A stretch of 64,000 nt of DNA. Origin: Octopus sinensis. Lineage: Eukaryota. Made by a program: the position numbers and the translations under genes. The stretch is from the NCBI RefSeq assembly GCF_006345805.1, contig NC_043006.1, positions 68,200,001 to 68,264,000 of the forward strand, given 5' to 3'. Shown one piece after another: positions 22,774 through 35,711 of the stretch. Under the pieces are notes generated by a model, which was not told the DNA's origin, made no database searches, and saw only the letters and a list, made by a program, of their open reading frames with translations. Within the stretch, counting starts at the first letter, position 1, and every line of letters begins with the position of its first letter.

Positions 22774-25700
22774 GTAAGTCTTTTACCTTTCATACAATTT
22801 TGTTTGTGAAAATTAAAAAAACTTCTATACAGCATGTGAAAAACATTTGAGCGAGGTCGTTGCCAGTACCGCTGGACTGGCTCCTGTGCAGGTGGCACAT
22901 AAAAAACACCACTTGAGTGTGGTCGTTGCCAGTACTGCCTGACTGGCCCTTGTGCTGGTGGCATGTAAAAATACCCACTACACTCTTGGAGTGGTTGGTG
23001 TTAGGAAAGGTATCCAGGTGTAGAAACTCTGCCAGATCAAGATTGGGAGCCTGGTGCAGCCATCTGGTTTGCCAGTCCTCAGTCAAATCGTCTAACCCAT
23101 GCTAGCATGGAAAGCGAACGTTAAATGATGATGATGAGACGAAACAATGTGCCATTTGTAATGGAACCAAACTAAATATGTGGATATTTTAGTAAAGGAA
23201 TTGCAAGATGGATTCTTTAAGCTGAGCCAACTAGCTGGAGGCCAAAAACAAGGTGGTTTGATATTATCTACGGTCTTAGTTGGTCATGCTTGGGAATCAA
23301 GCCAGAACATCTAGGGATGGTTGCTTCTGATAAGACCCTGTTGAGGAGGTGCCTGAGAAATTGAACCCCCCCCCTACTTCTCCCAGGAATAGGGGATGGA
23401 GAGGACGGGTGAATGGATGTTATAAGATATCTCTGAGAAAGTCAGTTTAATTGATGTTTCTTCATTTTATGTTTATTTTCCATGCTAACATGAGTTGGAG
23501 ACAGATTTATTTGAAGCAGCATCTAACAATCAGATGCCCTTCTTGTCACCAACCCATACCTGTCTTTCAAATAAGAATTTCTTTTTCATTCCACTGGTCT
23601 TTGAAAGTGCAGACTGATCAGTTACATTCTCAATAGGGAATGTAAACATCACATCAGTGTTTCACTCAAGAGGTGAAGACTGTAGACTTTGGAATGTCAG
23701 CATGCACTCACATTATGGGCTTCCATACAGTTTCTATCTACCAGTTCCACTTAAAGGCATTGGTTGGTCTGAGGCTCTTGTAGAAGATGCCCAGGATGTC
23801 ATGCTTTGAGATAGAACTCAACACCATGTGGCTACAAAGCCAACTCTGTAGCCACTTAGTTAGGCCTATGGGAAGGTGGTACCATTTTGCAGGCTTATCC
23901 ACACATGTAGAGTTGATGAATGAAGTAAAAATTGCAGAGGATCATGTATCTGAAGATGAAGTATTGAATAAAATGTCAAGTGTTTTGTGAGATAAAGTAT
24001 GAAGTGGTGAGGTGTATTGTATAGAAAACTTACTGGTTTAGAAAAGCAGAAGATATTGTATTAAGAGTAGTAAGGAGTGATGTGAATGATTGCAGTAGTG
24101 GAACAGAGAAAAAAGAAACTCTGTGGTTTAATGGTTGATGTGTTTGTCAATCAATCGAATAACATTTTTATAGAGATAAGAATATTCCTGTATGCAGCAG
24201 CATCAGTGGCACTGCTGCTGCTGCCGCCGCCTGATGTAGGTCTTATACCAGTAGTAATAGCTCTACTACTAGAGACGTACTCTTTATTTAAAACTTGAAT
24301 GTGCTCTGTTGAGGCCACAAAATGATCAGTATAACTCGTAACATTATAGTGATTACAGTTTACATGGGACTGCAGAAAATCTTTGTGCATCATTGGGGTC
24401 CTCTGTTACTAGGAAAGTCTATTTGAACTGGGTACCCACTCCCAATTATCCAGTGACTAGCATGGATAAATATAAGAGTGTATGTTTAAAAAAAAAATAA
24501 TAAAAGATATTATTTTTAATGATTACTCTTCCTTAATTTTCAGATTTCTGAAGCTGGTAAAAGTCAAGGTAGCTATTGTAAATTGTGCTGTAAACATTTT
24601 GGCAGCACCAGAGCTTACGGCAACCATGTTCTGTCTAAGAAACATCAAGAGAAAGAGTTAAAAGAAACCCAAAGTCTTGTACAAAAGGAAAATGAGAAAA
24701 ATACTGAGAAAGGAATTTATGAAGAAAATATCAAAGAGTTACCAAACAAGGCTTCAAAACTTGAAATAATAAATGAAGGTGCCAGCAGCAGCAGTGGTGG
24801 ATTGGGCATGAAATATTGTGTACCATCAACAAAAAGTAATTTAAAAAAACCTGCTGATCCAGTAGCACAAGCATCTACATCAGCTGATGATGAAGGTATG
24901 ATTAGTTGTTATATATGTTGTTCTGTAACTGATTAAACTTTTAATATGTAACAATTTGTCTTCGGCAGGTGAAGGGGTTAACCTATTTACCTTTTGTTAA
25001 ATTCCTGAAACTTATATCGATGAAACAATATCCCCTGACCATTTAGATTGTTGGGTCACCTTTGATGGCTTCATTTTTATGAGGTTTCCTTTAATCATCT
25101 CTAGTTGGATTGTAAACCCAGTGTTGCAATCTTTATATATTACCTTTTTCATTAACATTCAATGGACTACCTTTCTTGGTAGCTATTTACAGCCATTGTC
25201 ACCTAGATTACAAATAAGCACGTATACTCAGTCACATTTCCATGGGTTTTATAGATCTGTATTCTGTCTTTGAAACTAGTTTAACTCTTTAGCATTCGGA
25301 TTACTTTGTCAAATGTAATGTTCATTTATTTATATTGTTTTAAATTATTATCTCGAAGCTTCAAGAGTTTGACCATGTGATTGAGTATTTTTAGAATAAC
25401 ATTGTAGGGCAGGGTACATGTGAGAGGCCAGATCTGTCTGGTCTGAACATAAAACTGGTAAAATGTTTGGGCTGGATATCATCATCATCATCATCATCAT
25501 CGTTTAGCGTCCGTTTTCCCTGCTAGCATGGGTTGGACGGTTCTACTGGGGTCTGTGAAGCCAGAAGGCTTCATCAGGCCCAGTCAAATCTGGCAGTGTT
25601 TCTACGGCTGGATGCCCTTCCTAACGCCAACCACTCCGTGAGTGTAGTGGGTGCTTTTTACGTGCCACCCGCACAGGTGCCAGTCATAGCTGGTAAACGG

Positions 25701-28700
25701 CCACAAATGGATGGTGCTTTTTATGTGCCACCGGCACGGGGGCCAGGCGAGGCTGGCAACGGACGGCCAGTTTAAATACTAAAGGGTTAATGATTCACTC
25801 TCAAAAACTTTTAGTCGTTTCAAATTGCATCTTCTATTAAAGATTTATCAGTAAACACTTGTATCATTATCTGATACTCAATTGTCATCATTTAATACCT
25901 GCTTTCTGTGTTGGCATGGATTAGATGGTTTGACTGGAACTAGCAAGCCAGCGAGCTACACCAGGTTCCATCTGATTTGGCTTGGAACTGTCATTTTATT
26001 TCAAAGTCTAATACTGTGATGATTTTGAGGCAGCTATTCTGGTGATTATTTAACCAATATACCTCAGTGTTCCATCAGATATCACCATCTTTGTACTAAT
26101 CACATTCATCCTTTTATTTACATCTTATTTCTGGTTGTCATTGAATGACTAAATGTTTAGCCCTATTGCAGTCATTTTTGACTGTAGAACCAGAGATTTA
26201 ATTTTACATACTTTAATTTATTTTGTTGGGAAATTAGTAAGTTAGCTGCAATATGCTAGTGTCTTATCCAGGAGAAGCTATATTTAACATTTTATATTTC
26301 ATGAAGCTTTTGCAGTTTATGAAAATATTGGCTCTTTTCAACTATTTCTCAACTAGTTTGCTATAAACAAATGTTTTTTAATTAATGTTTTCTTTTTATT
26401 AAATTTAAATTAGTCACCATCCATACATTATTTAAACATTATTTTCAATTTATAAATCTGTAAACAAAATTTGTTGTTTCAATAAGAGCATCACTACTTT
26501 CATGATGTTTTGTTTGAGATGAACAGAAAATGTTTTATGTTAATTTCTGTGTGTGTGTGCAATCTCAATTCTTTATATTACCTTCTTTCACTTACCCCAT
26601 CCATAAAATAACTGTTTATATTCCCAAACTTTCACAGTTCTTTTAAGAGATGACATTTGATTTTGCCTCAATTTGTGATTGCTTTTACCCATTTTATTGT
26701 ATACTTTCTCTTAGATTCTGATTGTGAATCCGAAGGCTCCTGGGAGAGTGTTGAGGGAGAAGCCATTCCTATTGAAGCTTGCCTTTTCTGCCCAGTGGTC
26801 AGTAAATCACTGGAGAAGAACATGCAACATATGACTCAAGCACACAGATTTTTCATCCCTGATGCTGAATACCTTGTTGATGTTGAAGGTTTAATTGCTT
26901 ACCTTGGTAAATCACTTTCTTTTTTTCTCACTTTACCTCTCTCTTATCTACTCGAAATTTGTCTGGGACAGAAAAGGTTCTATGTAGTTTAGACTGGTCC
27001 ATAGTAACGTTTCTGACTACTGTTCACTAAAAACGGTGTCTCCTGGTGATGATTGGGTTATTTATAATAATGCACTGACAAATGTCCATTAGAAATGCTC
27101 AGTGTTTGCAGCTGAAATGCCTCATATTGTCAATGTACAACAGTTTTAACTTTTTGAAATTTATCAAATGAAGGACTCAACACTTTATGAATTAACTTCC
27201 GAGATTCTAATATACTATAAATTATAAATTTGCTATTGAAAAGATTTAACAAGTTTCCATTAGCCAAACTAGAACCCTCTATCTGTTGGTTACCAGACAA
27301 CAACATTACTAATTACACTAAGCACTGATTGTATTTCCTTCCTCCTTTTGTTAGTTTCTATAAATAGTTTTTGCTATTTTTATTATACCATTTTGTCACC
27401 ACAATTATTCCTGAAACGAATTATTTGCTCATATTGTCATTAATAGTGTCTATAAGCAACAATACAAGACGACGTACAATTATAATCAATGATGTCTTCC
27501 TCATTTCCTTCTCACATTACTATTTATAATATCAAAGAGACTGTTCCTGTTTACAGGTGATGTGCTTGATTCATGTTTTATTCAGCAGATAATAATAAAT
27601 TAATCTCCCCAAAATGGAGGCATTTAACTAAATACACTCTGTTGCAAGCATTCAAGCCAAGTCTCTGGCTCCTTTCTTTTCACCAGTCTCAGCGACCCTA
27701 AAAATACACTTGGATGCTACCCTTTCTTCTTTGCTGGCTTAGCCATAACAGGAAATCTGAACCAACAGAGTTTTTATTTTATTTTATATAAAATGATTTG
27801 GTCTAGTTGCTGGAGCATTGCTCACAGCCTTTACAGCCTCTCTGAGACCAGTTTAGTCTGGTGGATGGCATTGTGGTTATGGTCTTTGCAGAGCCTCTTA
27901 GACTGTTCCTATGCTGTGGAAGTTCTTTTTGAACAACTACAAGTATAGCTTGAGACAAAAACATGATCAAGGAAAGATTTCCCGAGGGGGTTACATTTTG
28001 GTTAGGAAGGATTGGGGATATTTGTACTATGCCTGGTAGAATGCTGCCTTATTAAGACATTACCAGCTCTGACCATCTCTAATTTTTGTATGTCTACAAC
28101 TACATTATCCACATTCCTTCATATTTTTTTTTCAGACAGCAGTAATTTGAGGGAGATTTGGCTGCTATTTTTAGAAGGTCAAGTGATCATGTAGAAGCTC
28201 CCTCATTGGTTACTCATGTTGTGGAAAATAATTTCACTGTTACTGTAATGGAGTTGTGGGTAGTTTGACATTCACCTGTTGAGATTGAGGTTATTAAGAA
28301 TTTACGAAGAAGGATTATGTCTGCTTTGCCATCATATTTTTGGCAACAATAGGCAAAAGAGGGGACGTTGACTGCTGCATCTTGTATGTTAATGTTAACT
28401 TTTTTTTACTTTTCTGTAGAGATGGTTTATACATCTGGTGCATACATAATGATATACTGTACTCCACACATATGGTGTGTATACATTGTTATATTGTGGT
28501 CTGCACATGTGATGTATAAACAATCTGTTATGATACAAGGTTTTCTGTTTTCAATTCACATTTATTTATTTGATGTGTCTGAAAGATTTAGGTAGGTCAA
28601 CTTAGTTTTTGGTACATCTTCAGACTTGTTTATTGTGTTTGATGCATAAGTGAGTTCTTGTAGAAAATTTAATCCCTTATTTGCTGAAATTATTACAGCC

Positions 28701-30712
28701 TCTCTGTGTTCATTGAAAACCATTGTGCTGTGAGTGCAGTTTTAGATAGTAGTCGCACAACCTAGATGTCATTTCTGACTTGGTTTACATTCAGTCCCTG
28801 TCTGTAATTATCTGTTTTGCAATAAAAGGCTTCCTCCATACACAGAAACTATACTGAAGAGCTTGCTGAATTTTATCTGTAGCTAAAAACTTGAGAAAGG
28901 CATGTATGTAACAGTTTCCAGTATGTCCAGTTTAACACAGTGTTTCTTCTCTGTATTTTGTAGGTGAGAAAGTTGGTGAGGGGAATATGTGTTTGTGGTG
29001 CAATGATCGTGGTAAAACATTTTATAGCATTCGATCTGCCCAGCAACACATGACTGACAAAAATCATTGTAAGATATTACATGAAGGAGATGCTTTACTT
29101 GAATACTCTGACTTCTACGACTACAGGTAAGTTCTGATGACTTTCACTATTCTACCTCAGAATCTGCAGCCAATTTTAGCTCATTGTCTTATATGTAAAG
29201 AAACTATTATAATAGTTTTTAGTTAAACCAAAGCCTCTTACACTTTCATCATCATTTAATGATCACAGGTAAGTTCACCGCTGTCAATTCACTGAGAAAA
29301 TATATCCATAGTATCTCACCATTAATAGTTTTAAATTATTTTATTGAAATTGAAAGGTTATGTCAAAAAATTTGTACAGTGCACTTTCTCTGTAGTGAAT
29401 TGATGATGTTGAACTTACTGGACATGTCGTTTAAGATTCTCTTTTCTATGGACAAAGTTTAGTTCAGGTAAGTTTTCTGTGTCTGGATGGCCTTCCTGTT
29501 GCCAATCCTCACCTGTTTCCAAGCAAGGTAATATTTTTCCGAAGACAGACATGTTCTCACAGAATTTTGGAAATGAATGACACTGCATACAAGACCATAG
29601 CACTCATTTACAGTGGTCATGTGGTGTCAAGACAAGGAGACAAATACACACACACACACTTATATACATACAGGAGGCTTCTTTCAGTTTCTATCTACTA
29701 AATACACTCACAAAGCTTTGATTGGTATGGGGCTGTAGAAGACACTTGCTCAAGGTGTCATACAGTGGGATTGAACCTGGAACCAATTGGTTGGCACACA
29801 AACTTCTTACCACACAGCCATGTTTGTGCCAATTTGTTTATACTAATCTACATATATATCTCCCCTAATGGATTAAGTTAATCTACTGATGTTCCATGGG
29901 GGAACACCAGTTGTTTAACTGTAGTTCTTTTTTTCCTATAAAATATAAACCTATTTCAGTGCATAAATCTTGTTTTCATTGAGATGATTTTGTATGTCAT
30001 CACTTCAGGCCAAGCTATCCTGATTATAAAGAAACAGAAGATGATGGCGATGATGATGACGAGGAGGTGAATATTGAAGAACTGGCATCAGATGGCTATG
30101 AACTAGTTTTACCTTCTGGTAAGTTTGTATTTACTTTATTGTATTTTTGGAGTTGCTTTATTGGGATGTGAAGAAGAAAGTCACCTTGTATGACTGTCTA
30201 ATTTTTAACAAAACTTGCTCTTTTGTGTTGTAGGTGCAACTATAGGCCATCGATCACTCCAGGTATATTACAAACAAAATCTGCCACCTCGAAAATATAC
30301 ACAAACAGGAAAGTTATTACCACGGCTGCTGGCTCAATACAAATCACTTGGATGGACTGGTATTTCTGGTAAGTTCCATACAGTTTTAATATTTGACGGA
30401 CAAAGCAGCCAAGAGTCAGAATATATACACTGCTGTATTTAGTGTTTACTCTATTCCAATTTGAAATTCTGTTGGAGTCAGCATTACCTTTCATCACCAG
30501 CATTATTAAAATACCTGTAATATGATAGTGTCAATGGTAATTGAATTATATTGTTTAAGTAATTTTTTATTCCCTAATTTTTAGGTCCTGCAGCACAGAA
30601 GAAAGCCAAGGATGTAGCATATGTCCAGCATCTTCGTTCAAGACAGCATCTCAAATTAAGTATAAAAGCCAATAAATTACAGAAACACTTCCGTCCGCAG
30701 GTGGTATTCTGA
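22603..30712 (+). CDS. ZNF622: Zinc finger protein 622 (Rei1/Reh1-family cytoplasmic 60S maturation factor), 416 aa; join(22603-22773,24544-24895,26715-26906,28964-29126,30009-30118,30234-30368,30585-30712)
   Basis: Exons total 1251 nt with GT-AG introns and consistent phases. Family hallmarks: N-terminal CISC...HYRTDWHRYNLKRK finger, CKLC..H..SKKH, CLFC..HMTQAH.FFIPDAEYL, CLWCN..QHMTDKNHC, acidic tract, LVLPSGATIGHRSL and C-terminal KANKLQKHFRPQV. Confidence 0.96.
22850..23135 (+). mobile_element. SINE family D in ZNF622 intron 1
   Basis: Repeat units, core and (GAT)n tail. Confidence 0.8.
24544..24895 (+). CDS. ZNF622: ZNF622 coding exon 2 (ISEAGKSQGSYCKLCC...SADDE)
   Basis: Acceptor TTTTCAG ends 24543; donor G|GTATGA, phase 1. 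Confidence 0.93.
25285..25786. mobile_element. piggyBac-type MITE with a nested SINE D (about 25479-25765, minus)
   Basis: TTAA at 25281-84 and 25787-90; TIRs CTCTTTAGCATT / AATACTAAAGGG. Confidence 0.7.
26715..26906 (+). CDS. ZNF622: ZNF622 coding exon 3 (DSDCESEGSW...GLIAYL)
   Basis: Acceptor CTCTTAG; donor G|GTAAAT, phase 1. Confidence 0.94.
28964..29126 (+). CDS. ZNF622: ZNF622 coding exon 4 (GEKVGEGNMCLWCN...DFYDY)
   Basis: Acceptor TTTGTAG; donor AG|GTAAGT, phase 2. Confidence 0.95.
30009..30118 (+). CDS. ZNF622: ZNF622 coding exon 5 (RPSYPDY...ELVLPS)
   Basis: Acceptor ACTTCAG; donor G|GTAAGT, phase 1. Confidence 0.94.
30234..30368 (+). CDS. ZNF622: ZNF622 coding exon 6 (GATIGHRSL...LGWTGIS)
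   Basis: Acceptor GTTGTAG; donor G|GTAAGT, phase 1. Confidence 0.95.
30585..30712 (+). CDS. ZNF622: ZNF622 coding exon 7 (GPAAQKKAKD...HFRPQVVF*)
   Basis: Acceptor TTTTTAG; stop TGA at 30710-30712. Confidence 0.95.
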
Positions 30713-30719
30713 AGAATAT

Positions 30720-30725
30720 TTTATT
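30720..30725 (-). terminator. Candidate CROT polyadenylation signal AATAAA (alternative ATTAAA at 30820-30825)
   Basis: TTTATT on + is AATAAA on -; it is the first canonical hexamer downstream of the CROT stop. Confidence 0.45.
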
Positions 30726-30736
30726 TCCATGTTACA

Positions 30737-30742
30737 AATAAA
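30737..30742 (+). terminator. Candidate ZNF622 polyadenylation signal AATAAA
   Basis: First AATAAA after the stop codon, 25 nt downstream. Confidence 0.6.
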
Positions 30743-30879
30743 CAAGTTTATATAAACATTTTTGCATATTGTTTGTATTATTTGGAGTATTTTTTCATAC
30801 ATTTCTATATAAAATGAAATTTAATATATAAAATTAACATAATTTTGGAATGTTCACATTACAGTTAGTTGACTGTTAT

Positions 30880-31012
30880 TCAGAGATGAGCCACTTTGGT
30901 ATGGATTTCCAAGAGGTCCTTCATTTCATTGAAAACTTCAGCAAGGAGGCTGCTGAATTTCTCACAGTCAGTACAGTCACTGTCTTTAAATGATGAAGAA
31001 AACACGTAGATT
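30880..31012 (-). CDS. CROT: CROT coding exon 15 (LIYVFSSSFK...HTKVAHL*)
   Basis: Acceptor TTTCCAG; stop TGA ends at 30880; PTS1-like AHL. Confidence 0.94.
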
Positions 31013-33946
31013 CTGGAAAAAATATGGAATTTTATCCATTTAGAATTAAAATCCAACATTATTAGATTTGTTTTACTAACAACATTGGTAACATTTTTCA
31101 CACGTTTTCTCTAAAGATATTTCTACAAGTAATGTTATCTTAAACCCAACAGCCAAGTGATATCAGCTAGTGACATCCACAACTGATTTAAAAAAAAAAA
31201 CTTTTCCTGTAAGTTACATACCCCCCCCCCCACATTACAATGTTTACACCTCCCTACCCTCTTAACACTACTTACATAGTACCCCATTCCTAGTTGCATA
31301 TCTCCGTTTTTTCTATAACAAAGCTAAAATGAAAATGTCATTACTTACAAGTCTTCTTCAATGTGATAAAAGATTCCATAACCATCTTTAACCATGGGTA
31401 ATGTCCCTCCTTGAGCTGTCGTGTAACCGAGGAAACTGGTAGACAGGTAGAAGTTACCACCACCACCGCTGAATTTAAAATTTTAAAGTTGAATTTACTC
31501 TTATTTAAAGCAATATATCTTTATACCCAACAATTAAAAATTAGGCCTTTTCAGCCATTAATTATATCTCACTTGAAAATTTAAATTTTTTCTTGTGAAT
31601 TTGCATTTGTTTTGTTTTTTTTTAACCTCATCACCTTTGAGAAATGCTTCAACTTTCAAACAATTGTGCAACTAAGATACACCCACATAGTAAATCAGGT
31701 GGTATAGAAAAGTGTCTTGAGCAATAACTGGCCTAGCAGGGTCATTAGCTGCTAGAAGGGCAAGAAAATGTGTTAGAAGAAACTACACAGGTATTAAACT
31801 GCTGGATCAGATTATGAAAGAAAGTTAAGATGAAAATAACATAGGTGTGGTGCTGGTTTTGTACCAAGAAGAACTAATGCCATCTTTCTGGTGAGACAGC
31901 TGCAGCAGAACAATCTAACTAGGAATAAGTCTTTTATTTGGCATTTATTCATCTAGAGAAGGTCTTTGATACAGTTCCCTATGATAGACGGTCTAAACAA
32001 CAGGTATACGCAAGAGATAGTGAATTCACAGGCTTGCTAACAGAAAAGGTAGACTACATATGGGGTAGGTCTATAGACTCAATCCAATGCCCAACCAGCT
32101 TTCTAAAAGTAGTTGATAGCTTATTTATAGGAGTAGCAATAGGTATTCTGAGAGCTTGTCAAATTAAGAACTGGTTCAAAAATACATTATTTACATTTGA
32201 CGGATATTTGTCCTCATCTTTGTTGTTAACACGTTTCGGCTGATAAACCTTCCAGTCTTCATCAGATGTCTTGGGGAAATTTCGAACCAGGGTTCTTATT
32301 CCTCAGGTATTTTTCGATATTATTATTATTCATGTCACTGCTTGGAATCTTGGGGTTAGTAGCCTGTGCTCTTAACCACTATGCCATATGCCCATAGTTC
32401 AGGAAGCTATTATCTCTGCTGGCAATGAAAAGCTTTTCACTCAGAGTGAAGAGTAGATTGTGTTATGACTGTGCACTGTGACAAAGCATGATAATGATAT
32501 GCAAGACTTGAATGCTAAAAGCTGTAGGAAGACTAGGAAAGAAATGAAGTGAGCATACTCTGTTAGTGTGTATGAACAATGGACCACAAATGGGCTGAGA
32601 CGCCCCCCTCCCCCCAAAAAACTGAACCAAAGAAGAATGTGTGCAAGGGAGATGACTATTGGTATGAACGTGAATGATGGTCTATGTGTATAAATAAGTA
32701 CAGAGTGGGCCAAAATCCATGCACAAAATATGTTCAAGAATTGTCAAAGACCTGCTTCAGTTTTTCTAAAATTCAATAAAATAATGAACGCACACATACA
32801 TGAACAAAATAATAATAATGCAACAAATAAAATGTTTCTTGGCATGTGACTTTTGGCCCAACATGTATATTCAGTTTCTTTTGCACTGAAGGTGCTTACT
32901 GGTTAGGAGTGCTCATCTCGCAGTCATGGATTTGATTCCTGGACTGAGCAGCTCGTGTCATTCCATGGTGATCTAGATTACTCAGCTGAAAATGAGTACT
33001 AGCTGAGTGCTGGTACTGTCCTCTCCCTCCAACTGTCACATTTTCATGTTCCACTGGATCGAGGGCAAGTCTGCTTGTGAGTACAGGGACATGTAAAACA
33101 ATTAGCAGAAACGTGGTATAAACTACCAGGTCATTGTTGCTTGCCAATGATGGCTAAGCTATTTTTATCTTTTTTAAGTTTTGAGAAACTGATTTTGGCT
33201 GCTACACAAACACCAATGAGCCAATTTATTTCAGTGATGGCCCACAACCCAAGGGGGTCAGTAACTTCAAGTATTTTATGCCCTATGCTGCTAACAGTAA
33301 GAAAGATTTCCTGATGTAAAGAATAAGCCAAGAGTGCTTGTGACCAGTTTCACAACATCTTTCAGTCATGTCTCAATGTCAACAAAGCTAGCCAAGGAAG
33401 GAGTTTCAAAATAGCTTTGATGGTATTTACATAAAACTTCTCATGGTATGAGTGCAAAACCAAAAACGAAAATTTATGAATGCATTCCACCTATTGTGAA
33501 GGCACATGGCTTAATGATTAGGATGTTGAACTCGTGATCATAAGATTGTGGTTTTGATTCCTGGACTGTGTTCTTGAGTAAAACAATTTCATGTTGCTCC
33601 AGTCTACCTAGCTGGTAAGAATGAGTAATCCTGTGATGGACCGGCACCCCCTGAGGGAGGAATATATATGCCAGAAAAACTACAAAACCAGCCCTATGCT
33701 CCTTACGGAGTGCTGTGGCCTAATCATTCCATCCATTACTATTGTCACTCGATAAAGAGTCGAGTTTACTGGCCATAGCTGTTGTACTGACCAACAGGCA
33801 ATATCAGACATCATGCTTTGGAGACTGCTACACCCTAATAGAGGACTACATTGGTGTTACTAACAGAGACACACAACATGAAATTGAGGACCTCCCAAAA
33901 CTAATAGTGGTGGGACAGATTCCTAGTGCAGCCACTTGAAGGAGAT

Positions 33947-34012
<66 letters not shown>

Positions 34013-35466
34013 TTGACAAGTGTTTTGATGTAGCTACATTAGAAATCATACACAAGGTTCTGCCAGTTATTGAACAGATGACTGCAAACAACTGTTTAAA
34101 ATGTAAAATTTTCATAGACAAATATATTATAAACTGACCTTTTTGTGAAAGCTGGGTCTGTATATATTGCTGGAATGTCTTCACCATTATCTCTTGCCAG
34201 AACATACAGTGCCAATAAATGCCTGTCACAACCTACGGTGGAATACAATGAAGAAGAGTCAACTGAATGCAGTCAGTGTTGGTGACATGTAGAAATGTAA
34301 TGGATTTAGAAACCTCCAGAACTTACCTTCCAAATTCTGAGCTTCATTTCTCAGTGTGTTGTGTTTCTGTGCAGCTGCTAACATGAGGTTCAATTTTTCT
34401 GCTTTCTGTTAATAAATTGGAATCAAATTCAGAAATAGTGATGAAACATTTAATCAACTTCCTGAAGCAGCTCTACTTAACCTTCTAGTTTTGAATCCTG
34501 ATTTATAGTTACAACGATTTATTAACATCATGCAGTTTGTCATCCGTCTTTGTCATCTACCAAAGGCTTGGTGACTATATTCTTCCCCTGTGATAGAGTG
34601 GAAGTAATTGTCTGAGAGTGAAAGGGAACTCGAACATAAATGCATATATACATACATATAAGAAAACAGATATATATATATATATATATACATATAAATA
34701 TATGTGACTTCTAATCTGGAAAAAAGGCCATTTTCACTGTGGTTTGCCATAGAGAAAATTCTTGCTTTAGGCATAGGTGTCAAAACAACATCAGTCATCC
34801 CAGGGTCTCCTGGTTGATCAATAAATGCATTTGCAACTATTTGGTTATCCTCAGTATCAACTACTTCACAAGAGACACTTTGGAAGCTATAAGCTTTGTT
34901 TATAGAAGATCAGTGAAAGCTATTTGTTGATTTGAGTGATCACCTGCCAGGTTAGAATAAATTATATATTATGCATGCTAAGTAGTGTTGTGAACTAAAA
35001 AAATCTTTTAAATCAGTTCAGATATGATGGTGTTCTGAAACCTATTGCCTGAAATGAGAATTTTCTCCATGGCAGATCACAGTGAAAAATGACCTTTTTA
35101 CGGGTCAAATATGTCACAAACATACTTGAACTGGTTTATAAGTTTATTACTTCACAATACTGCTTAGCATGCACAATATATAACAAAGCAGGAAAAAATA
35201 CAGCAACACCCTATACACTTTTCTATGAACATGCATAAACAATTAGCAGTTATCCAAATTAAATAAAAATTCTCCATACAATTTTGCTACCACAACCTAC
35301 AGCCTAACAACCATTCAACAGAATTCAGATTACCAGAGAAAATTTTAACTTAACAGTGACTATATAAAGCCAAAAGGAACTTAAATGAACAACATTCCAA
35401 TGGTGGATTAGGTAACTAAAACTTCAAAAGTCACTGTCAATACTCTCCTTGTTAAAGAATTTATTT

Positions 35467-35498
<32 letters not shown>

Positions 35499-35674
35499 CA
35501 TACATACGACAGCAAACCAGGCAAAATGCTTAGTGGTATTTCATCTATCTTTAAGTTGTGAGTTCAAATTCTGCTGAGGGTTTGATTAAAACAAGTACCA
35601 ATTGAGCTCTGGGGTTAAAGTAATCAACTTACCCTCTCTCCTGAAACTCTTGGCCTTGTGCCAAAATTTGAAAC

Positions 35675-35711
<37 letters not shown>

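Noticed and set aside
32896-33147. 83-aa minus ORF with a hydrophobic N-terminus in CROT intron 13
   Set aside because: The 3' half lies in a SINE C fragment; no homology or splice support.
33742-33939. Dynamin-like DLPKLIVVGQ motif
   Set aside because: No P-loop GKS follows, there are no further exons, and it lies antisense within a CROT intron.
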